Assembly (NCBI RefSeq): GCF_009914755.1
Contig: NC_060927.1
Source of the DNA: the human T2T-CHM13v2.0 reference genome, Homo sapiens
Length of the DNA: 64,000 nucleotides
Strand: one strand, 5' to 3'
Shown here: positions 15,280 through 32,015 of the stretch, piece after piece
How positions within the stretch are numbered: the first letter of the stretch is position 1
Layout: every line of letters begins with the position of its first letter
Translations under genes and position numbers: made by a program
The notes under the pieces: model-generated
What the model was told of the DNA's origin: nothing
Database searches by the model: none
Seen by the model: only the letters and a program-made list of their open reading frames with translations

Positions 15280-15990
15280 TGTTTCAGTAGACAGCATGGT
15301 CAGGCGTGAGCAGGGCACGAGAGGGTTCCCCACACACACACTAGGAATGTCAGGTGACCACCAGGTGATAGTCAGGCAGTTTTGTTAACTGTCTCTCTAA
15401 AATAATAATTGGTCACAGCCAGTGCCAGGAGAAGGCAGTCTCCTAAAAGAAAACACCTGAAACTGGTTATCAGCAGCTTCCCGATGAGATCTCAGGAGTT
15501 GAGTGAGGGGGCTCAGGCATGCTCATTAGGAGACAAAATGGCAAAGTCTAACTGGCATATGACCTTCTTCTAGGAATGCTAGACTGGTAAGGGGAGAGCT
15601 CCTCAAGTGAGCATGCATACAACTCCAGTAAACATACTGGGTGTGGCCCCTCCCAAGCGTGTCACGTGCGGGCAGCATGCAGGCTGCCCACCCCAAGGGA
15701 AGACTCAGGGGATAAGTAACGCAAGACCCCGGAAGTATGCCGACATATAAAACCCCAAATCAAGAAGTCAAACGGTGCACTTGATCTCTCAAGTTGCCTG
15801 CTTGGCCCTCTTCCGAGTGTACTCTTCTTCCTTTCATTCCTGCTCTAAAGCTTTTTAATAAACTTTCACTCCTGCTCTAAAACTTGACTCTGTCTCTCCT
15901 TCCACCATATGCCCCTCAGTCGAATTCTTTCTTCTGAGGAGAATTGAGGTTGCTGCAGACCTGTACAGATAGGGATACGCTGCCAGAACA
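15280..15990 (+). mobile_element. MER50 ERV1 solo LTR
   Basis: AGGAATGTCAGGTGACCA..CTGTCTCTCTAAAATAATAATTGGTC..GAATTGAGGTTGCTGCAGACC. TG...CA ends, TATA-like ATATAAAA ~15745 and AATAAA ~15857. Confidence 0.88.
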
Positions 15991-16108
15991 AAATTAGATT
16001 AATACATGTAAACAGAAAATGTTTGAAGCACCACATAATTTTCTAAAATTGTCTTTAAGACAATTGCAGTAAATAGGCCTTCTTAACTGTCATGTTTTCG
16101 TTTACTGA

Positions 16109-17009
<901 letters not shown>

Positions 17010-17271
17010 CTGATCTTGTTGGCTTTCCCTGTTTCCCAAATTAGAAGGTGGCCAACTCCAAACTCTATTATCTATTAGCTAGAAGACTGGGCAAAGTCAT
17101 TCAACATAACAAGGTTATAATTTTAGCACCTCTTCAGTGAGACAATAAAACCATCGTCCCTACTTACATCTCATAGTTATAATGGGAGTAAATGAAAAGA
17201 GAAAAGGGAAATGAAAATTAGCTTGCATGCCTTCACATTCCCAGTCTTTTTCTGCTTGTTTCATAGATTGC

Positions 17272-17810
17272 ATCTGTCAGGATACTCTTCGTTGAGAGTG
17301 ACAGAGAAAAATAACACAAACACCCTTAAGCAAAACCAAGATGCATTGGCTCTCATAACTGAAAAATCTAAAGGCAGATCTAGACTCAGATGGTATCACT
17401 GGAATCCAACCACTCTCTCTCTCACCTCTGTTCTCCATGCTAGCTCAATTTGCAAACATTACTGTCCCACAAGGTTACAAGATGCCTGCAGCAGCAGCAG
17501 ACCTCATTTGAATCTATTATCAAAGAAGTAATTATCCTTTTCCTAGAATTCCCAGCAAAACCACATTGAGTTTTATTGGCTTTGTTTGAATCATGTACTC
17601 ATCCCTGAACAAATCATTGTGACCAAATGAAAAGATATTCTTTCTAATTGGCTAGGCTTGTATAACATGCCATACATCAAGTCAAGGGTGGAGTCAACTG
17701 CACCGTAATTTTATGAACTGAGACAGGTAGAGCTTCTGATCCTCCTGAGGAAAATCATGCCATAGTTACCAGGTAGACGAATGGAGGCTGAGTGACAACA
17801 GATGCCCATT
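17272..17810 (-). mobile_element. MLT1J-like LTR
   Basis: GAGTGACAGAGAAA..CTTAAGCAAAA..ATTGGCTCTCATAACTGAAAAATC..CATCCCTGAACAAATCATTGTGACCA. Confidence 0.7.
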
Positions 17811-18939
17811 ACCCAGATGCAGCTCTTAATACCTCAGGCCACAAGGCGGGTGGTAGTGGCAGGAGGCAGATGGGAGGGACAAACAGGTTTACAAAAGCAT
17901 ACAAACTAGAATTCTTCTGGCTTTATCCCCACCTGCTGTGTGGAAACCCCAGCCCCTCAGCTTCCTCCCAAATTGTCCTGGGTGTTCCTAGAGGCTCTCC
18001 TAATGAGGAGTTTCATGTGCACTTATAAAATAGTTCTTTGGGATAACACTCAGCACCTGTAACCCCTCTCTTCCTTTGCTATGGTCTCCTGCGAATTTTC
18101 TGTGGCTGCCAAGACCAAGATGCTCACAGTACCAGTGCTGCTGCTACTGTCTCAAATGTTCCAGAAGCAGCAGAGACACTGTGTATATTGTTGAAAGGAA
18201 TAAACCCTTCAAAAAATGGTGTCTCTTCCCACTTCTCCAAGTGCCTTGAGGACGGTACCCTCACTCTCATTTCTGCCACCCACTCCCTCTTACTTGATAG
18301 ATGGAGGCCAGGAGTTGTGTGCCCAGCCAATGGGTAAGCCAAGAGATGGGGCTAGGAGACCATTATTTGTGATTGTAAAATCAAGGGTATGGAGCCGTAC
18401 AGCCAAGGGCAATTCCTGGATGTAGTGCCCTGCTCAAACCCCAGCTCAGAGCCCAAGTACAGGAAGTGAATGAGGGGAGTAGATGGTTGAGGAGCACCAA
18501 GGTGGAGAGATGGACTTGAGCTTGAGTTAATTGCCTGATTAGTATCACATAGCTTCTCTCCCAGAGCTGCTGGTGGGTAGGCTAGAATTCCGAGAGGGGC
18601 TATGCTTATTGACTTGGCCACAGATATTTTAGTTAAAAACAGGCTTGTGAGTTGTTACCTACTTTTTCTTGCTGCCCTCTTGCACTGTGAGTTCCAGAGG
18701 CTGGGCTGGCCATGAGTCAACGTGATAGACTACTGAGAACCATGCCTCTCCTTCAGTGCTAGCTTTTATTGTCGTTGGACCAGGCCCAGTGTCCCAACTC
18801 TTTCTCCCCTAGGTGGGTATTTCCCTGGGGCTCATTTCTTCTTCATGGAAACACATGCCTGGGAAGGATGGTAGCAGTGAAGCTGACCACCCTGCTGGTC
18901 CTCCAGGCAGTGTTTAAACACTGAAGAATGGACATTATA

Positions 18940-19100
18940 AATGCTAACATCATCTAATACCAACTGAGATCTTGCTATGTGGCAGGCAGAATTTTAAGGA
19001 CTATATATGTATTGTCTCATTCTCTCTTTATTGTGAGTTAGGAGCTATTATTAGCCATAGTTTAGAGATGAGATCATTGAGGCAAAGAAAGGTTTAGTGA
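18940..19100 (-). mobile_element. MIR
   Basis: CTATTATTAGCCATAGTTTAGAGATGAGATCATTGAGGC MIR core. Confidence 0.55.
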
Positions 19101-19204
19101 ATGTCACCCTACCTTGTCAGATATTTGTCTATGTCAATCACTGATATATTTCCAGTGCTCAACACTGGAACTCTCAGTGCCTGACTTTCTATATGTTATT
19201 CTAC

Positions 19205-19331
19205 TTTATTTTACAGAGACAGGATCTCACTCTGTTGCCCAGGGTGGTCTTGAACTCCTGGCCTCAACCCATCCTTCCATCTCAGCCTCCCGGAGTGCTG
19301 GGATTACAGGCATGAACCACTGCACCTGACC
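19205..19331 (-). mobile_element. FLAM / Alu left monomer
   Basis: Single Alu arm ending GGGATTACAGGCATGAACCACTGCACCTGACC. Confidence 0.85.
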
Positions 19332-19397
19332 TCAGTGCCTAACTTATAGCAGTTATTCAGTAAATGTTTATTGAATTGATGGAAGGTTGAGTGGGTC

Positions 19398-19786
19398 CTG
19401 TGGTGGGCCTCCCTGATCTTGCATTCAGGACCAAGGCACTCATTCCCTCAGCTGCTAAAGGCTCTTAGCTGGCATCTGTCCAGGAATTTCCCACAGAACA
19501 TGTTTACAACCCTTTCCCAAGGACAACACCCAATGACTGGTCTATGCTGGAGATAAAGGATACGTCCCAATTTTGGAGGACTCTGAAAAGGCCACCCCAG
19601 TTCCAGCTGAGGATGGAATTAGTAGAGGCATCTGTTGCATCTGCATAGGAGTTCAGCCTCTCCCTCTGCCTGGCCCTGCTTCCCTCACTTCTTTATGGGT
19701 GTCATTACTGACTACACCCCTCCGTGAACCACTTGCCCATGAGTCTCCATCTCAAAGTCTGTTTCCAGGGAAACTGACCCAAGGCA
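19398..19786 (+). mobile_element. LTR16-like ERVL solo LTR
   Basis: TTCAGGACCAAGGCACTCATTCCCCTCAGCTGCT ... TCTCCATCTCAAAGTCTGTTTCCAGGGAAACTGACC. Confidence 0.7.
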
Positions 19787-20684
19787 GTTGGAATGTGTTA
19801 TTCACACAGCCTTGTGGCTCCCACCTCAACAATACTCTGTATAGACTGGCTCTTTCTCTGAAGCCATTTAAGGCAACATGGTAGCTGCTTGCTCCCAAAT
19901 ACAGTGTTGTGAAAACCTATGCTGTCCTCTCTGAAACCAGGAAGTTCAAGAAGATGCCACCTCTTAACCCTGCTGTTCTCACTAAAGCTGGACTCCTTGT
20001 TCAGCCCTGCAGCTGGGAATGGCTCTCGCCATCATGCCCCAGTGCAGATCCCTGCCCTATGCCACAGCAATAAGTCAAGACACAAACAATGATGCTTCTT
20101 TCCCATGGAACTCTCTCAGGAGCTCCACCCCTGCTTTGCGGCACTTCTATATGCCCTCCCCCGGCAACACTCTCAGGCCATGCCAGTGGCCAAGGCTTCA
20201 GTGACCAGTACCAGTGTTCCCCCAGTGAAGTAATGGCACCCTGGCCATTGGTTCAGTCTTTGCCTACCTGTGAGGTGAATTTCCTCAGAGCTCTCTTGTT
20301 CTTTCTTCCCATCTGCCTGTTGTCAGGCCACATTCTGTATACTTTTGAACCACAGAATGGGTCTACTTCCTCCCCTCTGCTCCTTTGTAATTTTCCTGAC
20401 TCTCCACTCCCCTTATCTCTCCCCAAGAACCACCAAGCTCTGCAAATAGTACTGAATTTGTTGAAGCCAGGAAGGAGGAGAGGTGTAGGAGAAGACAAGA
20501 TCTGTTTGCAGAGACAAGACTCAGACAACATCTTCTCATCAACTTGATGAACCTGGCTTCTTTACTTCGTCATCTATGATATGGGGATGCTTCATTACTT
20601 TGTTAAGATAATTCAGTAAGGGAATGCATGCAAAGCACTTGGTATTGTGCCCAGCATGGAGTGAATGTGCCATAAGTGGCATTT

Positions 20685-21161
20685 GTGCCAGTTACCAGAC
20701 TTTGGTTTCTTAGCTCCAAACCCACCCTTCTGTGCTTTGTGAACTGGGACTCTGCAGATCCCATTGCTGTTTTACCAGTTGTTCCCTGTCGGGCTTTGTC
20801 AATAGGGAAACCAGAGGGAGTCTGTGAGGCTGGAGGAAGGGAAGGGGACTGGCTCTTCCCTATGGACGTGTAGCTACTTCCTGTTCCCATGAGTATCACA
20901 TCAGCAGCTTCTGGATCCAGTTTGCAGTTTTTCCCTCACTTGCAGGACCAGTCTCATTGCACACCACCCCCAGCCCCCACCACAACCCCTAGAAATGTCA
21001 ACACAAACCTGTTGGTGCCCCAAATGTCCTATGTTGCTCTTCCAGCTTGTTCCCCCTCCCCCCATCTTCAGGAATGGTAGCTGTTTCTCTTATTATCTTT
21101 TCAGTTACCTAGTGAACAACTGGTGTGGCTTCTGTCTCCTGATTGGACTCTGATGAATACA
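20685..21161 (+). mobile_element. LTR41/LTR33-like ERVL solo LTR
   Basis: TGTGCCAGTT..CTTAGCTCCAAACCCACCCTT start and GTCTCCTGATTGGACTCTGATGAATACA end. Confidence 0.6.
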
Positions 21162-22782
21162 ACATAGTTTTTCTATTTTATGAATGAGAAAACAAAGGCT
21201 CATGTAGGTTAATGAACTCTCCAAGGCCACAGAGTTGGGAGGTAGCTCTTTAGGATTTGAACTGAGGTCTACCTGATGCCAGAACTGGTGCCTTTTGTAA
21301 TTTAGAACACAGCTGAGATAAGCCATGTTGCTCTCACTCCAGGACACTGTCACCTTTTCATTCCTTCTTTGGCCTCACCCAGTGCAATATGTGAGGATGT
21401 TCTCCACCCTCTACCCTGGGCCTGGAACTACGGATGAAGCACAGCTGCGGCATGGTTGAAAATGTGGCATTAAATGCCGCTGCCTCTGAAGCTAGCTTCC
21501 TCTCTAAGATCCTGTATTTAAGAAGATGATTCTAACCAACTTTTGAAATGTTCAGTAAGTAAAAAGGAATAAATCGTAAATCAGTTATGAAACTCTCAGA
21601 TGCTAGTGAATCTAAGAGGATTCACTAAGGGTTATAAAATTATCTTGACAGAAACAGATTCCCTAGGCCTGACCCAGAATTCTGTGAAGAGAAGAAAAAC
21701 CCTCAAAACAGTGCTATTTTGACTTCACTTTTATTTTAAAAGAAGTTTCATGGAGTACTTTTTGATGGAAGGCAGGTGGTCAGAGAGAAGAAAGGGAGTC
21801 AGGCCAGAAGAGAAATCTTTCGTATCAAGCAAGGATGGACTACTCATCTTTTAAAGACAAGAAGCCGGCGTTCTAATAGACTAGTCGGGGAAAGGCACAA
21901 TGACATTACTGGGAATCTGGCCAAAGCAGGGACTATTAATGGATGTTTCTGACTTTGTTCGGAATATTCCTGGAACTCAATGTCTTTATAAAGCCATACA
22001 GATATAATTTTTTTCTAATATGAAGAACACCACAGTCCATTAACAGAAATTGATCTATATTTTAATTTAACTTAATTAGAAATAGTATCCCAAAGAAAAA
22101 CAAGTGAGTTGTCAAATAATCATTGTCAAGAAAGAATGAGTAATGTTATTAGACAAATGGAAAAAGCCGTTCTGTTTATGAAAACAGAAAATACAGTCCA
22201 AGTCCTGGATCATTACCTAGGAATGAGGGCAGAGTTCTCATTCCAGGCTGTGATAAGTTGCAATGCTTGATATTTTTCTGCTGGGAAAAACAGAATGAAG
22301 TAAACCAAAAAGTCATTTTTATAAATTTGAAGAACTAAGGCACCTAATTTTGTGTTACTAAGAAAGAATGTCCCTAGGAAAATCACTTATAAATAAAATT
22401 TTTGTAAGAAATAGATTCTCAGAATAATGCCAGAGACTTGAACATTCAGAATTTATTAAATATTAAGTGTTGCCAAGTAAAAGCCAAGAAAGGTAAATAT
22501 TTCCCCTATCTAGCTGCTTCTCTCTATTATTCCAACATTTCACGTTTTCGTCGACTATATTCTACCTGGCTATTTCTAGGAGGTTCCTGTTTTTTATGCT
22601 GTTTACTCATTACTGAATGTAAAGAAAGAAAAACGACAGAATCCACTGATTTTTCTGCCCATCTGATAGCTTCCTAAAGTAACATATTTTATAAGCTTTT
22701 GCATGACTATTACTAAGAGCACTGTTAGAGTATTTCCTAAGATTATTATTTTTTTCATTCTTCAGTCAGCAATGAAAGTCAT

Positions 22783-22960
22783 GGCAGTGTGGTGTTCTGG
22801 ATAAGATCACACTCTTCAATAGCCGACATACCTGTGTTTGGAGACTTGGTTCAACCATTCACTAGCTGCATGACCTTGGGGAGATTACTTAACTTCTCCA
22901 AGCCTTAATTTCCTCATCTGTAAAATGGGGTAATGAAAGTAGCCACCTTATTGGACTGAA
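22783..22960 (+). mobile_element. MIR
   Basis: ACTAGCTGCATGACCTTGGGGAGATTACTTAACTTCTC..TTTCCTCATCTGTAAAATGGGG. Confidence 0.85.
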
Positions 22961-23139
22961 GAGTAAATCAAATTATCTACTTGGCACACAGTATGTGTGT
23001 GTCATTCCATGGGGGAGTTACTATTTAATAAGAATGCAGGGGCCCAGAACAGGATTGGAGTGAGGGTTACCTCTTGCTAAGGCATCAGCTGTGTATGATA
23101 AAGAAACACACCCATGATCCATGATAATTGATACTTTAG

Positions 23140-23500
23140 AAATTTTATTGTATATGTTTAAGGTGTACAACATGATGTTTTGCTATACATATACATCATG
23201 AAATGGTTACTGTAGTCAAGAATATAAACATATCCATCATCTCACATAACTACCCATATTTTATGTGTGTGGCAAGATCACCTACATTTGCTCTTTTAGC
23301 AAAAATTTTAAATACAATACAATATTATTAACTATAGTCCTCACTTGCATATTACATCCCCAGACTTGTTTAGCCTACATATCTGCTACTTTCTATCCTT
23401 TGACCTATATCAAAGGATAGAAATCCCCCGTTGCCTCCTCCCTCAGCCCTTAGCCCTCCCTTGTATCTCTGGGTATTTGAATTTTTTAAAAAATAGATTT
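23140..23500 (-). mobile_element. L1MA-type 3' UTR fragment
   Basis: ATTGTATATGTTTAAGGTGTACAACATGATGTTTTG..ACAATATTATTAACTATAGTC. Confidence 0.85.
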
Positions 23501-23539
23501 TATTATACCCTAAATATTGACTTTTTAAATTGACACTTT

Positions 23540-23940
23540 TATTCATTCACTTATTTATTCACATTTATTGATCCCTTACTGCATAAGAAGAGCTTACAAA
23601 ATGTTAGGTAAGCTACAACCCACATCCCCAAGAAACTAAAAGTGAAATAAGGGCATGTGAGTAAGATCCAAATAACTTAGATACAGAAGATAAGGAGGGA
23701 CATTAGAGTGGGACAAACAATGAGTGCTAGAGATTCTCAGCATGGAGAGTTGTGAGGTTCCTAAAGCCAGAGAAGGTCAGTGCAGGTGGGAGGGTTATAC
23801 CAGCGCTTAGCAATGGCCATTTCAGGTGGAGGAAACAGCATCAACCCGGAAATGGAGACAGTGAAGTCTGTAGTTTATGTGGGGAACAGTGATTAACCTG
23901 TTTGGCTGAAGCAAGGGGCCAGGAGAGTGGAGAATAGAAG
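23540..23940 (-). mobile_element. L2 fragment
   Basis: ATTCATTCACTTATTTATTCACATTTATTGA start and CATTTCAGGTGGAGGAAACAGCAT body. Confidence 0.6.
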
Positions 23941-23945
23941 GAAAT

Positions 23946-24300
23946 TGTCTTAGTTCGTTTGGACTGCTGTAACAAAATACTTCAGACTGGATAGATTATA
24001 AACAACAGAAATTGATTTCTGCCAGTTCTGGAGGCTGGGAAGTTCAGCAACAAAGTGCTGGGAGGCTCAGTGTCTGGTGAGGACCTACGTACTGGTTCAC
24101 AGATGTCTTCTCACTGTGTCCTTACCGGGTAGAAGGGGCAAAAGGGACTTCCTTTATAAGGGCACTAATCCCATTCATGAGGGCTGTACCCTCATGACCT
24201 AATTACTTTCCAAAGACCCTATCTCCTAATATCACCATTTTGGAGATTAGGATTTCAACATAGGAATTTTGGGGGAACAACAAACATTCAGACCATAGCA
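23946..24300 (-). mobile_element. MLT1A-type solo LTR
   Basis: TGTCTTAGTTCGTTTGGACTGCTGTAACAAAATAC to AAACATTCAGACCATAGCA. Perfect TSD GAAAT. Confidence 0.9.
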
Positions 24301-24371
24301 GAAATGAAGCTGGTTAGAGTTAAACTTTGGAGGGCCTTGAATAGCAATAGACTGGAGAGTTTTGTTGGCTT

Positions 24372-25066
<695 letters not shown>

Positions 25067-25119
25067 CCTGGTCTGCTTTGTTTTTATATACGTGTTGCTA
25101 TGGAGCCACTGGTAGCATC

Positions 25120-26345
25120 CAAATGAGCTCATGTCTCTTTTGCCTGCTGCCTGCCCCCGCAGCTGCTTCTACCTTTCTCTTCTCCTTTCAGCTATACTTC
25201 TTGAAAATCTTGCCTAAATGTTTTTTTCTGAAATTCAGATGCTTCTACATCCACAGCAACCTGGCTTCCATTCCATCATTCTACTTGGATCTGGCTCATC
25301 AAGCCCATTGATGATCTTATTGCCACTTTGCAGTCCATACCATGTTGACACATTGACCCTCTCTCCTTATTTCATCCAGCATCTCTGGCTGCTCTTTCTC
25401 ATTCCTTGGCAGGCTTGTCTTCCTCTGCCCATCCTTAACTATCAACATGCCTTGGGGATCTAACCACATTCCTCCTCCCTTTTCCTCATCTCTCCCTGAG
25501 GGATCTAGTGGTTCCTCTTCAGCTCTATATCACTACTTCCATGCTGAGGACACCCAGATCCTCATCTGCGGCCCTGTCCTCTCTCCTGGGCTTCTGAGCC
25601 ATATTTCCACCTCTGCTTGGATGTCCCCCAGGCACCTGAACCCCAGTGTGTACAACTGAACTCATTGTGGGCCCCCATCCTGTGGTCTCTATCTTAATAA
25701 ATTGCCAGCCATTGTCTAAGCCAGAAATCAAACGTCATTCAAGCCTCTACTCTCCTTCATTCCCAGCCACCAAGGCTTATTGCCTGTGCCTGTTTCTTGA
25801 AATCATCTACCTCTCTTCATCCTCATTGTCGTTGTCTTATATTCTCTGCTAGCCCTAAGTAGTCTTCCTTACAGGCAGTCTTGCCTTTTCCTCTCCATCT
25901 ATTTTTACACTGTAACCCAGCCACTGTTGTTGTTTTTAAATGCAAATATGATCATATCATCTCCTTACTTAAAACCTTCAGTAGTCCCCATTACTCATAG
26001 GGGTGAGTTGCAGACTCATGATGGCTTACAGGCTTTACAGGATCCAGCCCTGAAATGACAAGGAAGTTTTATCCTAAGATTGCTTAGTGGTTTCCTATTC
26101 CCTCAGGATGGAGGCCAAACATAGGGGCTCACAAGACCTTTCATTCCCTGGCTTCTGCCTGGAATGCTTATCCAGTTCACATCTGGATTCTCACCCATGT
26201 GCACTCTGCCCTCTAGTCATCCTGAATCTCTTCCAGGTCCTCGAACGTGCCACACAGCTTCCTCTGTCCCCAGCCCAAGCACATGCTACCCCCTCTGCTC
26301 CCTCTGTATGGGACATTTGTCTTCCCTTCTACAACTGATATGTCC
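25120..26345 (+). mobile_element. L2 fragments
   Basis: CT-rich L2 body, e.g. TGCTGAGGACACCCAGATC and AAATGCAAATATGATCATATCATCTCCTTACTTAAAACCTTCA. Confidence 0.7.
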
Positions 26346-26359
26346 TGTTTATTTACACA

Positions 26360-26672
<313 letters not shown>

Positions 26673-28661
26673 AGAGCAGCCTTTTCAGATTGGCTTTTAT
26701 CACTTAGTAATATGCATTTAAGTTTCCTTCGTGTATTTTCATGGTTTGATTGCTCATTTCTTTTTGGTACTAAATAATGTTTTGTTATCTGGAAGTACCA
26801 CAGTTTACCTATCCACTCACTTACTGAAGGTCTTCTTGGAGCTTCCAAGTTTTGCCTATTATGAATAAAGCTTCCATAAATCTTCACGTATAGGTTTTCG
26901 TGGGGACCTAAGTTTTCAACTCCTTTGGGTAAAAACCAAGGAGTGTTATTGCTGGATCAAAGGGTATGGTTAGTTTTGTAAGAAACTGACAAATTGCCTT
27001 CCAATTATATTCCCACCAGCAATGAGTGAGAGTTCATGTTGCCTCACATCCTTTCCAGCATTTGATGTTGTGAGTGGTTGGATTTTGGCTATTCTAACAG
27101 GTGAGTGGTGGTGTCTCATGGTTTTGATTTTCATTTCCTTGATGACATATGATGTGGAGTATCGTTTTGTATTCTAACATGCCATCCACATGTCTTCTTT
27201 GGTGAGGCATATGTTAAGGTCTTTGGTTCATTTTTTTAAATTGGGTTTTTAATTTTCTTATTGTTGAGTTTTAAGAGCTTTTTGTACATTTTGGATAACA
27301 GTCCTTTATCAGAGACGTCTTTTGGAAATATTTTCTTCCAGTGTGTCACTTGTCTTATTCTCTTGTCGTTGTCTTTTGGAGAGCAGGAAAATTTTATTTT
27401 AATGAAGTCCAGCTTATCAATTGTTTCTCTCATAGATGGTGCCTTTTGTTTCATATCTAAAAAGTCAGTGCTAAACCCAAGGTCATCCAAATTTTCTCTT
27501 ACATTTTATTCCAGGAGTTTCAAAGCTTTGTGTTTTACATTTAGGCCTGTGACCCATTTTGAGTTTATTTTCATGAAGGGTATAAGCTCTGTGTCTAAAT
27601 TCACTTTCTGGCATGTCAATGTCCAGTTGTTCCAGCAACATTTCCTGAAAAGACTATCTTTCTCTATTGTATTGCCTTTGCTCCTTTGTCAAAGATCAGT
27701 TGAGTATATTTATGTGAGTCGATTTGTGGGCTCTCTATTCTACTCCACTGGTCTATTTGTCTGTTCTTTCACCAACACACATTCTCTTGATTACTGTAGC
27801 TTTATAGTAAGTCTTAAAGTTGAATAAAGTCAGTCCTCCAATTTTGTTCTTTTCCTTTAATACTGGGTTGGCTATTTTGTGTCTTTTGCCTTTAGAATCA
27901 GTTTGTTGATATCCACAGAATATTTTGCTAGAATTTTGATTGTCATTGCATTAAATCTATAAATCAAATTGGGAAGAACTGATATCTTGACAATATTGAG
28001 TCATTCTATTCATAAACATGAAATATCTCTCCATTTATTTAGTTATTGTTTTACTTCTTTAATCAGAGTTTTGTAGTTTTTCTCATTTTGTTAGATTTAT
28101 ACCTAAGTATTTCATATTTGGGGGCACTAATGTAAATGGTATTGTGTTTTCAATTTCAAATTTTACTTGTTCATTGTTTACATAGGAAGGTGACTGACTT
28201 TTGTATATTAACTTTTTATCCTTAAACCTTTCTATAATCCCTTACTAGTTCTAGGAGGGTTTTCTTTGTCAGTTCTTTTGAATTTTCTACACAGGCAATC
28301 ATGTTATCTGTCACAGTTTTATTTCCTCCTTCCTAATCTGTATACATTTTATATCGTATTCTTATCTTACTGCATTAGCTAGGACTTCCAGTATGATGTT
28401 AAGCACAGACATGAGAAGGGATATTCTTGCCTACTTCCTGAACTTAGTAGGAATGTATCAAGTTCCTCACAATTAAGTATGATGTTAGCTGTGTGTTTTT
28501 TGTAGACAATCTTTATTAAGTTAAGGAAATTCCCTTTCTAGTCCTAGTTTGCTGAAGCTTTTACCATAAGTGGGTGTTAGATTTTGTTAAATGCTTTTAC
28601 GCATCAATTTATATGATTTTGTAATTTTTAAATTTGGCCTGTTGATGTGATGGATTACAAT

Positions 28662-28790
28662 CCCATTTATGCCTAGTAGTCCATTATTGGAATGCTAAGC
28701 ATGTGGGAGTTATTTTTATCTTACTGCTCAAGGTCATCTCCAAGGTCTGATTGCAAAATTTAAAAAATTGTAACCTCAGGTATAAATGGG
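28662..28790 (+). mobile_element. MER85 (PGBD3 piggyBac-derived MITE)
   Basis: TIRs CCCATTTATGCCT / AGGTATAAATGGG and internal GCTAAGCATGTGGGAGTTATTT..CTGCTCAAGGTCATC. TTAA follows at 28791; the left TTAA is decayed. Strand given in PGBD3 orientation. Confidence 0.92.
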
Positions 28791-28798
28791 TTAATTGA

Positions 28799-29320
<522 letters not shown>

Positions 29321-29839
29321 TAGGATAATGTTGGCCTCAAGGAATAAGTTCCGAAGTATTCCCTCTGCTCTGTCTCCTGAAAGAATTTTAAAAGAATTAG
29401 TGTGATTTGTTCCTTAAGTGTTTGATAGAATTCACCAGTAAACCCATCTAGGCCTGATGGTTTCTGTTTTGGAAGTTTACTAATTTTTGCTTTAATTTCT
29501 TAACAGGTATAGTTCTATTCAGATTGTCTATTTCTTCTTGTGTGATTTTTGGCATATTGTGTCTTTCAAGGAATTGGTTCATCTCATCTAGGTTATCAAA
29601 TTTATAAACATAGAGTTGTTCATAGTATTTTTAAAATTCTTCTAATGTCCATGGAAGCTGTAGTGATGCCCTCTTTTAATTCCTGATATTAGTAATTTGT
29701 GTCCTCTTTCTCTTTCTCTTAGACTGGCTAGAGACTTATCAATTTTATTGATCTTTGCATAGAACTGGCTTTTGGTTTCATTGATTTTCTCTACTGATTT
29801 CCTACTTTCAATTTCATTGATTTCTTCTCTAATTTGTGG

Positions 29840-30130
29840 TTTTTTTTTTTTTTTTTTTTGAGATGGAGTCTCGCTCTGTCGCAAAGGCTGGAGTGCATCT
29901 TGGCTCACTGCAAGCTCTGCCTCCCAGGTTCATGCCATTCTCCTGCCTCAGCCTCCTGAGTAGCTGGGACTACAGGCACCTGCCACCACGCCTGGCAATT
30001 TTTTTGTATTTTTAGTAGAGATGGGGTTTCACCATGTTAGCCAGGATGGTCTCAATCTCCTGACCTTGTGATCTGCACGCCTAGGCCTCCCAAAGTGCTG
30101 GGATTACAGGTGTGAGCCACTGAGCCCTGC
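29840..30130 (-). mobile_element. Alu (AluY/Sc-like) in L1
   Basis: TGTTAGCCAGGATGGTCTC diagnostic, TSD TCTTCTCTAATTT. Confidence 0.92.
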
Positions 30131-30379
30131 TCTTCTCTAATTTTTATTATTCTTTTTCTTCTGCTTATTTTGGATTTTATTTATTCCCCCTTTTTAGTTT
30201 CCTAAGGTAGAAGCTAAGATGATTGCTTTCAAGTCTTTCTTCTTTTCTAATATAAGCATCCAATGCAATAAATTTCTCTTAGGCGCTGCCTTTGCAACTT
30301 CTCACAAATTTTGATTTGATAAGTTGTATTTTTCATTTTCATTTAATTCAAAATATCTTAAAATGTCCCATGAGATTTC

Positions 30380-30672
30380 TTTTTCTTTTTTTCTTTTTTT
30401 TTTTTTTTTAGACAGAGTTTCACTCTTGTGACGCAGGCTGGGGTGCAATGGCACAATGGCCTCCTAGGTTCAAGTTGTTCTCCTGCCTCAGCCTCCCAAG
30501 TAGTTGGGATTACAGGCATGCACTACCAAGCCTGGCTAATTTTTGTATTTTTAGTAGAGATGGAGTTTTGCCATGTTGGCCATGCTGCTCTCGAACTCCT
30601 GACTTCAGTTGATTTATCTACCTTGGCCTCCCAAAGTGCTGGTATTACAGGCATGAACCACGGCGCCCAGCC
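30380..30672 (-). mobile_element. Alu (AluS) in L1
   Basis: Alu consensus with small internal deletion, TSD AGATTTCTTTT. Confidence 0.9.
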
Positions 30673-30772
30673 CAAGATTTCTTTTTTTGATCCATGTGTT
30701 ATTTACAAATATGTTGTTTAATCTCTCAAGTATTTTGAGACTTTACAGCTATCTTTCTGTTTTCCAGGTTAA

Positions 30773-31108
<336 letters not shown>

Positions 31109-31496
31109 TTATGATTTCTATTCTTTTAAATTTGTTGTGGTGTGTTTTATGGCCCAGAATGTGGTCTATCCATGTGAATGTTCCATAGGAGCTTAAGAAG
31201 ATTGTGTGTTCTGCTATTGCTGGATGAAGTAGTCTCTAAGTGTTCATTATATCCAGTTGATTGATAGTGTTGTTGAGTTCAATTATGTCTGTACTGATTT
31301 GCTGCCTCCTGGATCTGCCCATTTCTTATAAAAGGGTGTTAAAGTCTCCAATTATAATAGTGGATTCACCTATTACTCCTTGCAGTTCCATCAGTTTTTC
31401 CTCATGGATTTTAATGCTCTGTTGTTAGGTGCATGTACATTAAAGATTATTGTATCTTCTTGGAGAATTGACCCCTTTATCATAATGTAATGTCTC

Positions 31497-31850
<354 letters not shown>

Positions 31851-32015
31851 TAAAATTATTATAGCTGCTTCTGCTTTCTTTTGATTAGATGATATATTAT
31901 TCTCCATCTATTTACTTTTAACCTGTATGTGTATTTTATTTAAAGTGGGTTTATTGTAGATAACATACAGTTTGTTCTTGTTTTTTTGGTTCATTCTGAC
32001 AATGTCTGTTTTTAA

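Noticed and set aside
27261-27827. 188-aa plus-strand ORF
   Set aside because: Antisense frame of L1 ORF2, not a gene.
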